Of a stretch of 64,000 nucleotides of DNA, positions 9,628 through 18,054 are shown piece after piece. How positions within the stretch are numbered: the stretch's first letter is position 1; each line of letters opens with the position of its first letter. The position numbers and the translations under genes are program-made. The notes beneath the pieces are model-generated. The model was given only the letters and a program-made list of their open reading frames with translations. It had not been told where the DNA came from and searched no databases. This stretch comes from Lachnospiraceae bacterium (GTDB lineage: Bacteria > Bacillota > Clostridia > Lachnospirales > Lachnospiraceae), in assembly GCA_036311565.1 (NCBI GenBank), contig JAXJPR010000041.1:187-64186 (forward strand). The letters run 5' to 3'.

Positions 9628-11436
9628 TTGAATAAGAAAAGGGGAAATGGCATTTATTTCTTTACGCTTATTATTGCAGTCGTTTTGCTGTACTACCTTG
9701 GAACTGGTGCTAAGAGCAGCGGAGAAGGGTATACAGAATACCAGTTTTATGAGGACTTAAAAGATGATAAGGTAAGTGAAATTGTCATAGAACAAAATCA
9801 GGAAGTGCCAACTGGAAAAGTAAAAGTCAAGATTGGCGATGAATATGAAAGTTTTGCTGTCAGCGATGTGAATGATTTTCAAGATGAATTGGAAGAAAAA
9901 GAACCCGGAACAAAATATGAGTTAAGTGGAATTGATCATTCCATGGACTGGCTTGTAAATCTTCTGCCCAACCTGCTGTTAGTCGGAATGTTAATTTTTA
10001 TGATGGCCGTGATGATTCGTCAAAATGGTGGAAACAGCAAAATGGCTGATTTTGGAAAGAGCCGTGCGAAGCTGGCAAAAGAGGACGGCATTAAGATCAC
10101 ATTTGCAGATGTTGCAGGTTTAGATGAAGAAAAAGAAAGTCTCCAGGAAGTGGTAGATTTTCTAAAAACACCAGGTAAATACATTGAAGTTGGAGCCAGA
10201 ATTCCAAAAGGAGTTCTTCTTGTAGGACCTCCGGGAACAGGGAAGACCTTAATCGCAAAAGCAGTAGCAGGAGAAGCGGGAGTACCATTCTTTAGTATTT
10301 CTGGTTCTGATTTTGTAGAAATGTTTGTAGGGGTCGGAGCATCCCGTGTCAGAGATTTGTTTGAAGAAGCAAAGAAAAATGCTCCATGTATTGTTTTTAT
10401 TGACGAAATCGATGCAGTAGGGCGCCGAAGAGGAAGCGGTCTTGGCGGAGGCCATGATGAAAGAGAACAGACGCTAAATCAGCTTCTTGTAGAAATGGAT
10501 GGTTTTGGAGTCAATCAGGGAATCATCGTTTTGGCAGCAACGAACCGTGCAGATATTTTAGATCCTGCTATTATGCGTCCGGGGCGTTTTGATAGAAAAG
10601 TTGCAGTGGGACGTCCGGATGTTAAAGGAAGAGAAGAAATTCTGAAAGTACATGTCCGCAAGAAACCATTAGGGGATGATGTGGATTTGTATGAAATTGC
10701 AAGAACAACAGCTGGATTTGTTGGTGCAGATTTAGAGAATCTGATGAATGAGGCGGCTATCAATGCAGCAAGAGATGCCAGAAAATTTATCCGCAAAGAA
10801 GATATCGATGCAGCATTTATTAAAGTTGGCGTTGGAACAGAGAAAAAGAGCCGTTTGGTACCAGAAAGCGAGCGCAAGATTACTGCTTATCATGAATCCG
10901 GCCATGCACTTTTATTCCATCTTTTGCCAGATGTTGGACCGGTGTATACGGTTTCTATTATTCCAACAGGCGTAGGAGCGGCAGGATATACAATGCCTCT
11001 TCCTGAAAATGATAATATTTTCATGACAAAAGGAAAACTTCTGCAGGATATTATGGTTTCTTTAGGAGGACGTATTGCGGAAGAACTGATTTTTGATGAT
11101 GTAACAACTGGTGCATCCCAGGATATTAAACATGTAACGGAAACAGCCCGTAAGATGGTAACACAGTATGGAATGTCTGAAAAACTAGGACTTTTGCATT
11201 ATGGATCTGATGATCAGGAAGAAGTATTTTTAGGGAAAAATATTGGGCATGAAAAATTATATGGCGAAGAAGTTACTTCCTTAATTGATAAAGAAGTTCA
11301 GAATATTGTAGACGATTGTTATAAAAAAGCAAAAGAGTTAATCGTAGAAAATATGGATAAACTTCATAAATGTGCTGAACTTTTATTAGAAAAAGAAAGA
11401 ATTGATCAGGAAGAGTTTGAAGCATTGTTTGATTAA
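9628..11436 (+). CDS. ftsH: ATP-dependent zinc metalloprotease FtsH
   Basis: Walker A GPPGTGKT, Walker [12 protein letters not shown] ([19 protein letters not shown]) and zinc motif HESGHA. TTG start behind AAAGGAGAG. Confidence 0.97.
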   Translation: MNKKRGNGIYFFTLIIAVVLLYYLGTGAKSSGEGYTEYQFYEDLKDDKVSEIVIEQNQEVPTGKVKVKIGDEYESFAVSDVNDFQDELEEKEPGTKYELSGIDHSMDWLVNLLPNLLLVGMLIFMMAVMIRQNGGNSKMADFGKSRAKLAKEDGIKITFADVAGLDEEKESLQEVVDFLKTPGKYIEVGARIPKGVLLVGPPGTGKTLIAKAVAGEAGVPFFSISGSDFVEMFVGVGASRVRDLFEEAKKNAPCIVFIDEIDAVGRRRGSGLGGGHDEREQTLNQLLVEMDGFGVNQGIIVLAATNRADILDPAIMRPGRFDRKVAVGRPDVKGREEILKVHVRKKPLGDDVDLYEIARTTAGFVGADLENLMNEAAINAARDARKFIRKEDIDAAFIKVGVGTEKKSRLVPESERKITAYHESGHALLFHLLPDVGPVYTVSIIPTGVGAAGYTMPLPENDNIFMTKGKLLQDIMVSLGGRIAEELIFDDVTTGASQDIKHVTETARKMVTQYGMSEKLGLLHYGSDDQEEVFLGKNIGHEKLYGEEVTSLIDKEVQNIVDDCYKKAKELIVENMDKLHKCAELLLEKERIDQEEFEALFD

Positions 11437-11581
11437 AATGTATAATTTTCAATGAAAAAAGTAAAATTTGTAGTTAAAAATGCGAATGGGGAAAAGTGGG
11501 ATAAACGAATTGCACAAAAAACTTTTTAAAATTTATTAATATTTATGCACACTTTTTCGAGGTTATATGTATAATAATACT

Positions 11582-11676
11582 TGTAACCCCCCCAATACAT
11601 TATATAGTTTTTTGCTACACCCAATAAGTAACAAAATACCTTCTCCAAAAAGGGCAGCTTAGCAGCTGCTCTTTTT
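11582..11676 (+). ncRNA. Candidate C-rich small RNA (or ftsH 3-prime-UTR-derived RNA)
   Basis: TGTATAAT-type -10 at 11568-11575. About 95 nt follow, containing CCCCCCCAATA, CACCCAATAA and the anti-SD-like CCTTCTCC, ending in the hairpin GCAGCT-TAGC-AGCTGC plus TCTTTTT (11654-11676). No ORF with an RBS. Confidence 0.35.
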
Positions 11677-11793
11677 ACGTGTAGAAAAAATATGCATATA
11701 ATGAAACATGAAAGAAATTACAGGTTTGCTAGTTGTGTATACAAGAAAGTTATATTAAAATATAAATATTAGTTTGAAAGGGAAGTTTGATTT

Positions 11794-13908
11794 ATGAAAA
11801 AAGTTTCGATTGCAGAAAAATTGCATGCATATATATTTCATCGGAAGCCGTTGATCCGTACGGAAGCTTTTTTTTCGGATAATACCAGATTCTATCAGAA
11901 TCCAGAAGAGCCTACACAAGAAGATGACGTTACGATCCGCTTTCGAACGATCAGGTACAATGTTGATGAAGTGTATATCGTTGTAAACAAAGAAAAACGT
12001 TTGATGACTCGTGCAAAATCCGATCAATATTTTGATTTTTATGAGATCGTAATTCCAGCAAGTGAAGAAAATTTAGAGTATTATTTTCAGATCTGCGCCA
12101 ATGGAAGCTGTTTATATTATAACCGCAAAGGCACGATGAGAGAGAATGATGATACTTATAATTTTTCTATTGTAAAGAATTTTTCAACACCAAAATGGGC
12201 AAAATCTGCAGTTATGTATCAGATTTTTGTGGATCGTTTTTATAATGGAGATAAAAGCAATGATGTATTAGAAGATGAATATATATACATCAATGAAACG
12301 ACGAAGAAGGTGGATAACTGGGGAAAATATCCGGCGACCATGGGCGTGAGAGAATTCTATGGAGGAGATCTCCAGGGTGTTATGGATAAACTGGATTATC
12401 TGCAGGATTTAGGAGTGGATGTTATTTATTTAAATCCAATCTTTGTATCACCTTCCAATCATAAATATGATATTCAGGATTACGATTATGTTGATCCACA
12501 TTTCGGAAAAATTGTAGTAGATGAAGGGGAACTGGTAAAAGAAGGAGAAAACAGTAATAAAAATGCCAGCCGTTATATTTGTCGTGTCACGGATAAACGT
12601 AATCTGGAAGCCAGTAACCAGTTGTTTGCACAGTTAGTGGAAGAAATTCATAAACGAGGCATGCGTATTATTTTAGATGGTGTATTTAACCATTGTGGTT
12701 CCTTTAATAAATGGATGGATCGTGAACGAATTTATGAAGGTGCTGAAGGATATGAAAAAGGAGCTTATATTTCCAAAGAGAGTCCATATCATACATTTTT
12801 TAAGTTTTATGATAATGAAGAACGTTTTTGGCCATACAATTCCTCCTATGATGGATGGTGGGGGCATGATACTTTGCCAAAATTAAACTACGAAGATTCT
12901 GATAAGCTATATCAGTATATTCTTGATATTGCGAAAAAATGGATTTCTCCGCCATATAATATAGACGGATGGCGTCTGGATGTGGCTGCGGATTTAGGAC
13001 ATTCCAATGAATATAACCATAAGTTCTGGAAAGATTTTAGAAAAGCAGTAAAAGAGGTAAATCCGGAAGCTTTGATTTTAGCAGAACATTACGGAGATGT
13101 AGCACCATGGCTTCAAGGGGATGAATGGGATTCCGTTATGAACTATGATGCCTTTATGGAACCGCTTACCTGGTTCTTAACAGGTATGGAAAAACACAGT
13201 GATGAATACCGTGGAGATTTAGATGGAAATTATCAGACATTCCATGATGCTATGAAACATCATATGTCCAGATTCCACTATCCATCTATTCAGGTCTCTA
13301 TGAATGAGTTATCTAATCATGACCACTCCAGATTTCTGACCAGAACGAATAAAAAGGTAGGAAGAACACAGTCTGTAGGTGCGGACGCAGCAGATGTTGG
13401 AACATCAAAAGGAGTCTTTCGAGAAGCTGTATTAATGCAGATGACATGGCCAGGAGCTCCTACGGTCTACTATGGAGATGAAGCAGGAGTAACTGGATGG
13501 ACAGATCCAGACAACCGAAGAACTTATCCATGGGGAAAAGAAGATATGGATCTGGTCTTATTTCATAAGAGTATGATTAAGATTCATAAAAAATATCCAG
13601 CATTTATGGAAGGTTCCCTGAAATTCTTATATGGAGAAAGAAATGTATTCTGCTATGGACGTTTTACCGATCAGGATTTCGCTGTTGTTATTTTAAATAA
13701 CAATGACCAGGCGAAAAAACTGACCGTGCCTGTTTGGCAGATTGGTGTTACAGATGATTATGAAATGCAGCAGATCATGCTGACCATTGAAGAAGGACAT
13801 ACCGAAGATAAAGTGAATTATCCGGTGGAAAATGGTGTTATGAAAATCACAATGCCAAAATATTCTGGTATAGTTTTGCATGCAGTTTTCACAAATAAAG
13901 AAAAATAA
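11794..13908 (+). CDS. Glycoside hydrolase family 13 (neopullulanase/cyclomaltodextrinase-like alpha-glycosidase)
   Basis: The four GH13 regions are present: DGVFNHC, GWRLDVAADL, LAEHYG, SNHDHSRF. There is an N-terminal E-set-like extension and no signal peptide. Confidence 0.88.
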   Translation: MKKVSIAEKLHAYIFHRKPLIRTEAFFSDNTRFYQNPEEPTQEDDVTIRFRTIRYNVDEVYIVVNKEKRLMTRAKSDQYFDFYEIVIPASEENLEYYFQICANGSCLYYNRKGTMRENDDTYNFSIVKNFSTPKWAKSAVMYQIFVDRFYNGDKSNDVLEDEYIYINETTKKVDNWGKYPATMGVREFYGGDLQGVMDKLDYLQDLGVDVIYLNPIFVSPSNHKYDIQDYDYVDPHFGKIVVDEGELVKEGENSNKNASRYICRVTDKRNLEASNQLFAQLVEEIHKRGMRIILDGVFNHCGSFNKWMDRERIYEGAEGYEKGAYISKESPYHTFFKFYDNEERFWPYNSSYDGWWGHDTLPKLNYEDSDKLYQYILDIAKKWISPPYNIDGWRLDVAADLGHSNEYNHKFWKDFRKAVKEVNPEALILAEHYGDVAPWLQGDEWDSVMNYDAFMEPLTWFLTGMEKHSDEYRGDLDGNYQTFHDAMKHHMSRFHYPSIQVSMNELSNHDHSRFLTRTNKKVGRTQSVGADAADVGTSKGVFREAVLMQMTWPGAPTVYYGDEAGVTGWTDPDNRRTYPWGKEDMDLVLFHKSMIKIHKKYPAFMEGSLKFLYGERNVFCYGRFTDQDFAVVILNNNDQAKKLTVPVWQIGVTDDYEMQQIMLTIEEGHTEDKVNYPVENGVMKITMPKYSGIVLHAVFTNKEK

Positions 13909-13931
13909 TGAAAAAATCCATTAGGTGATAA

Positions 13932-13970
13932 CTGGCTCAACAAACGGTTTTAAGCCGTTTGTTGAGCCAG
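13932..13970. terminator. Perfect 16-bp hairpin downstream of the GH13 gene (no U-tract)
   Basis: CTGGCTCAACAAACGG - TTTTAAG - CCGTTTGTTGAGCCAG. No T-run on either strand. Confidence 0.45.
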
Positions 13971-14014
13971 AAAATGGTTGTAAGAAAATTTTTTAAAAAA
14001 TTTCAAAAAAGTAC

Positions 14015-14043
14015 TTGCATTTTTTAGAAAAGGCTAGTATAAT
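14015..14043 (+). promoter_or_regulatory. Sigma-A promoter of the tRNA cluster
   Basis: TTGCAT (14015-14020), 17-nt spacer, TATAAT (14038-14043), about 20 nt upstream of tRNA-Tyr. Confidence 0.7.
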
Positions 14044-14065
14044 TAACAACTGTCAGATGGTTCTT

Positions 14066-14147
14066 GGATGGATTCCCGAGTGGCCAAAGGGGGCAGACTG
14101 TAAATCTGTTGGCAACGCCTTCGAAGGTTCGAATCCTTCTCCATCCA
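14066..14147 (+). tRNA. tRNA-Tyr (GUA)
   Basis: Acceptor GGATGGA/TCCATCC, anticodon loop CTGTAAA, long variable arm, T-arm GAAGGTTCGAATCCTTC. CCA not encoded. Confidence 0.93.
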
Positions 14148-14164
14148 CTATCCTTTTTGGATAT

Positions 14165-14251
14165 GCCGGCGTGGCGGAACTGGCAGACGCACAGGACTTA
14201 AAATCCTGCGGGACTTATACTCCCGTACCGGTTCGATTCCGGTCGCCGGCA
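14165..14251 (+). tRNA. tRNA-Leu (UAA)
   Basis: Acceptor GCCGGCG/CGCCGGC, anticodon stem CAGGA/TCCTG with loop CTTAAAA, long variable arm, T-loop GGTTCGATTCC. Confidence 0.93.
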
Positions 14252-14272
14252 TTTGTCATCAGACAAATGCAT

Positions 14273-14343
14273 GCGGGTGTAGTTCAATGGTAGAACACTA
14301 GCCTTCCAAGCTAGATACGTGGGTTCGATTCCCATCACCCGCT
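14273..14343 (+). tRNA. tRNA-Gly (UCC)
   Basis: Acceptor GCGGGTG/CACCCGC, anticodon stem CTAGC/GCTAG with loop CTTCCAA, T-loop GGGTTCGATTCCC. Confidence 0.93.
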
Positions 14344-14378
14344 TTTCTTTTTGCAAAAGCGAAAAGTTCATATGGTTT

Positions 14379-14451
<73 letters not shown>

Positions 14452-14457
14452 TTTTAA

Positions 14458-14530
14458 GCGCGAGTGGCTCAGTTGGTGGAGCACGACCTTGCCAAGGTCG
14501 GGGTCGCGGGTTCGAGTCCCGTCTCGCGCT
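14458..14530 (+). tRNA. tRNA-Gly (GCC)
   Basis: Acceptor GCGCGAG/CTCGCGC, anticodon stem CGACC/GGTCG with loop TTGCCAA, T-loop GGGTTCGAGTCCC. Confidence 0.95.
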
Positions 14531-14538
14531 TCTTTTTT

Positions 14539-14580
14539 ACCCTGAAAACCGTTTATTGAAATGGTTTTTAGGGTTTTTTC
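14539..14580 (+). terminator. Rho-independent terminator of the tRNA cluster
   Basis: ACCCTGAAAACC / GGTTTTTAGGGT stem followed by TTTTTT. Confidence 0.85.
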
Positions 14581-14704
14581 ATTTCTTTCAGTATTGCATA
14601 TGTGATGATGAAGAAATGGTAAATTTTATTATTTATGTGTACCTATTAATACTTCAAATGAAAATCATTATGAGATATTCAAATTCCTATCTTGTATGTA
14701 TGAA

Positions 14705-14741
14705 AATAAGAGATGTTCATGTGAAATGTCTCTTATTTTTT
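14705..14741 (+). terminator. Orphan rho-independent terminator
   Basis: AATAAGAGA / TCTCTTATT stem with a 15-nt loop, followed by TTTTT. No annotated gene ends here. Confidence 0.5.
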
Positions 14742-14868
14742 GCCAGAAAACGCCATTGACTGGAGAATTTTATTATTTTATATTATAATACTCAGGAACA
14801 CATGTAGGACAAAAGAAGAAATTGAGAAATTAAAAGAGAAATACTTAGAAGCATAAAAGGAGGATGGC

Positions 14869-16623
14869 ATGAAGCTTTTATTATGTGCATTAAACGCAAA
14901 GTATATTCATTCTAATCTGGCAGTTTACAGTCTGATGGCTTATGCGAAAAAAGCTCCTATGGATATTCAATTAGCGGAATATACCATTAATAACCGAACA
15001 GAAGAAATTTTAAAAGAAATATACAGAGAAAAGCCGGATATTGTAGCATTTTCCTGTTATATCTGGAATATTGATCAAATTTATGAATTGACGGCAGAAC
15101 TTCATAAAGTGGCGCCTCACATTTCTATTTGGCTGGGCGGCCCAGAAGTTTCTTATGACGCCAAAAAAGTATTGAATAAACATCCGGAGATCAGCCTTGT
15201 CATGGTGGGAGAAGGAGAAGAGACTTTTTATGAACTTATCAGGCAGTGGGATAATTCTAAGAAAGAATTAGAAAATATAAAAGGGATTGCCTATCGAGAA
15301 CATGAACAGATAAAGGAAAATCCTCCTCGAGGTCAACTGGATATGGATAAACTTCCATTTGTATATGAAGATCTTACAAAATTTAAAAATAAAATTATAT
15401 ATTATGAAACAAGCAGAGGATGTCCATTCTCCTGCAGTTACTGTTTATCATCTATTGATAAAAGAGTACGGTTTCGTAGTTTTTCACTTGTCCGGCAAGA
15501 ACTGCAGTTTTTCCTGGAACACAAAGTGAAACAGGTAAAATTTGTAGACCGTACTTTTAATTGCAATCATAAACATGCGAGACAGATTTGGGAATATATC
15601 ACAGAACATGATAACGGGGTGACTAATTTCCATTTTGAAATTGCTGCTGATTTACTGAGAGAAGAAGATATTAATCTGTTCAAGAAGATGCGTCCAGGAC
15701 TGATTCAGTTAGAAATCGGTGTACAATCTACCCACCAGCAGACTATTCAGGAAATCAGGCGTACCATGGATTTGGAAAAATTAAAGGAACTGGTTGCAAG
15801 AGTAAAGAAAAATGGAAATATTCATCAGCATCTGGATCTGATCGCGGGGCTTCCTTATGAAGATTATGAAACTTTTACAAAATCATTTGATGAAGTATTC
15901 GCCATGGAACCAGACCAGTTACAGTTAGGCTTTTTAAAAGTATTAAAAGGATCTTATATACATGAAAAGAAACACGACTATGAAATTGTCTATGGAAACC
16001 GGTCACCGTATGAAGTACTGAGGACAAAATGGATGACCTATGACGACATTCTTAAATTAAAAGAAGTCGAAGAAATGGTGGAGTTGTATTATAATAGTGC
16101 ACAATATACCAAAACGCTGCCGTATTTATTGAAATTTGCCCAAAGACCATTTGATTTTTTTGAAGATCTGGCAGAATTTTATTATGGAAATTATCAGATT
16201 GGAGTAAAACATTCCCGGTTATCTTATTATGAGATTTTAAGAGCATTTGCACTAGAGCGTTATAAAGAAGTGAAAGAACGGGTATTAAATGAACTATTAG
16301 TGTATGATCTATATTTAAGGGAAAATGTAAAAAAACGGCCAGAATGGACAGATACCATACCGTTAGAGAAAAAAGAAGCCACACGGTTCTACCGCATGGA
16401 GGATACAAAAGAATATTTTCCAGAAATGAAGCCATACGATTCCAAAATAGCTGCAGGAAATGCTCATGTAGAAAAATTTTTCATTGATGTAGATTCTTAT
16501 AAAGAGAAAGAATGGTGGGCTTTATTTAACTATCATGCAAGAAATCCATTGACCTATGAAGCCGATGTAAAAGAAGTGAAAGGAATATTAGATGGAACAG
16601 GAAAGAGTTTTAGAGATTTGTAA
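14869..16623 (+). CDS. B12-binding domain-containing radical SAM protein (DUF4080-type C-terminus)
   Basis: N-terminal cobalamin-binding-like domain (MKLLLCALNAKYIHSNLA...), radical SAM cluster motif CPFSCSYC, and a roughly 200-aa C-terminal extension. Confidence 0.85.
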   Translation: MKLLLCALNAKYIHSNLAVYSLMAYAKKAPMDIQLAEYTINNRTEEILKEIYREKPDIVAFSCYIWNIDQIYELTAELHKVAPHISIWLGGPEVSYDAKKVLNKHPEISLVMVGEGEETFYELIRQWDNSKKELENIKGIAYREHEQIKENPPRGQLDMDKLPFVYEDLTKFKNKIIYYETSRGCPFSCSYCLSSIDKRVRFRSFSLVRQELQFFLEHKVKQVKFVDRTFNCNHKHARQIWEYITEHDNGVTNFHFEIAADLLREEDINLFKKMRPGLIQLEIGVQSTHQQTIQEIRRTMDLEKLKELVARVKKNGNIHQHLDLIAGLPYEDYETFTKSFDEVFAMEPDQLQLGFLKVLKGSYIHEKKHDYEIVYGNRSPYEVLRTKWMTYDDILKLKEVEEMVELYYNSAQYTKTLPYLLKFAQRPFDFFEDLAEFYYGNYQIGVKHSRLSYYEILRAFALERYKEVKERVLNELLVYDLYLRENVKKRPEWTDTIPLEKKEATRFYRMEDTKEYFPEMKPYDSKIAAGNAHVEKFFIDVDSYKEKEWWALFNYHARNPLTYEADVKEVKGILDGTGKSFRDL

Positions 16624-17221
16624 AATATTAAATGAAACGTATTCAACAGAATATAAATGTTATTTAAATCATGAAAATGCATGGCAGTTATTAATTGCCA
16701 CGATGCTCAGTGCTCAATGCACAGATGAAAGGGTCAATCAGGTAACAAAGGATTTGTTTGTCAAATATCCAGATCTTGAGGCGTTCGCCAATGCAGATGT
16801 GGGCCAGTTGGAACAGGATATTTATTCGACTGGATTTTATAAAAATAAAGCCAGAAATATTATTGCATGTGCAAAAAAGCTGATAGAGGAGTATGGAGGA
16901 GAAGTGCCAAACGACTTAAAAGTTTTGACATCTCTGGCTGGGGTCGGACGCAAGACTGCTAACGTGATTCGTGGTAATATTTACCATGAACCGAGTATCG
17001 TAGTGGACACTCATGTAAAAAGAATTTCCCAGAAGCTGGGACTTACAAAAGAAACGGATCCAGTGAAAATTGAATTTGATTTGATGGAGAAACTGCCGAA
17101 AGAGCAATGGATTTTGTATAATATCCAAATTATTACTCATGGAAGAAATGTGTGTATTGCCAGAAGACCAAAATGTGGAGAATGTACGCTGCGGACAGTT
17201 TGTCCTTCCTGTGAGGTGTAG
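16592..17221 (+). CDS. nth: Endonuclease III
   Basis: HhH-GPD motif LAGVGRKTANVI and the C-terminal [4Fe-4S] motif CIARRPKCGECTLRTVC. Overlaps the radical SAM gene by 32 nt. Confidence 0.93.
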   Translation: MEQERVLEICKILNETYSTEYKCYLNHENAWQLLIATMLSAQCTDERVNQVTKDLFVKYPDLEAFANADVGQLEQDIYSTGFYKNKARNIIACAKKLIEEYGGEVPNDLKVLTSLAGVGRKTANVIRGNIYHEPSIVVDTHVKRISQKLGLTKETDPVKIEFDLMEKLPKEQWILYNIQIITHGRNVCIARRPKCGECTLRTVCPSCEV

Positions 17222-17223
17222 TA

Positions 17224-17931
17224 ATGTATGAATATGTTGCATTTGATTTAGAAACAACAGGATTATCCGAAGAACATGATGAAATTATAGAAGTGGGAGC
17301 TGTAAAAATTCGTAATCATAAAATTGTAGGAAAATACAATCAGATCATTAATCCTCACAGACCCATTCCTTATCAGATCATACAGTTGACCGGAATTGAT
17401 CAGGAACTGGTAGACCAGGGAAGAGAGAAAGAAGAAGTGTTGGATGAATTTCTTGATTTCTGTAATGGATATCCTTTATTAGGACATAATGTCATGTTTG
17501 ATTACCGCTTTATGAAGACTGCAATGAGGCGGGCAGGAAAGCCCTTTGAAAAAACAGGGGCAGATACATATGGGATTGCAAAAAAACTACTGAAGCAGGA
17601 AGTAAAGAAAAAGAGTCTGGAAAGTCTGTGCAATTATTACTGTTATACGAACCAGGCAGCCCACAGAGCCTATCATGATGCTTTGGCTACAGCAGTGATT
17701 TATGAAAAAATGAAACAGCAGTTTCCGGAAGAAAAAGAAGCTTTTCTACCGAAACAATTGCAATATCGACCAAAAAAAAAATCTCCTGCCACAGAAAAAC
17801 AAAAGCGATACTTGAATGATTTGTTAAAATATCATAAAATAAAAGTTAACATTGCTTTTGATTCACTGACCAAAAGCGATGCATCTAAGTATATTGATCA
17901 GATTATTTTAAAACATGGAAGGATGAAATAA
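17224..17931 (+). CDS. DnaQ-like 3-prime-5-prime exonuclease (DEDDh) with a basic C-terminal extension
   Basis: Exo I FDLETTG, Exo II GHNVMFDYRF, Exo III HRAYHDALAT. About 60 extra C-terminal residues. Confidence 0.85.
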   Translation: MYEYVAFDLETTGLSEEHDEIIEVGAVKIRNHKIVGKYNQIINPHRPIPYQIIQLTGIDQELVDQGREKEEVLDEFLDFCNGYPLLGHNVMFDYRFMKTAMRRAGKPFEKTGADTYGIAKKLLKQEVKKKSLESLCNYYCYTNQAAHRAYHDALATAVIYEKMKQQFPEEKEAFLPKQLQYRPKKKSPATEKQKRYLNDLLKYHKIKVNIAFDSLTKSDASKYIDQIILKHGRMK

Positions 17932-17932
17932 G

Positions 17933-18034
17933 GTGAGTCCAAAGAAAAGACAAAAAATTGTAGCAGCAGTTGCTATTTTATTAATTGCAGCAATGTTATT
18001 AAGCACATTGTCTTCTGCATTTTTAGCATTATAA
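17933..18034 (+). CDS. Possible 33-aa small membrane peptide
   Basis: GTG start 6 nt after GGAAGGATGA. Product VSPKKRQKIVAAVAILLIAAMLLSTLSSAFLAL has a basic N-terminus and one TM. It exactly fills the gap between the exonuclease and VanW genes. No homology evidence. Confidence 0.25.
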   Translation: MSPKKRQKIVAAVAILLIAAMLLSTLSSAFLAL

Positions 18035-18054
18035 GCTGTAGAAAGGGAGAGAAA

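Noticed and set aside
10515-10877. 120-aa antisense ORF inside ftsH.
   Set aside because: It lies opposite a strongly supported gene. It has Ser/Ala/Leu-rich mirror-frame composition and no RBS.
14655-14756. 33-codon ORF (MKIIMRYSNSYLVCMKIRDVHVKCLLFFARKRH).
   Set aside because: No Shine-Dalgarno sequence. It runs through a terminator hairpin.
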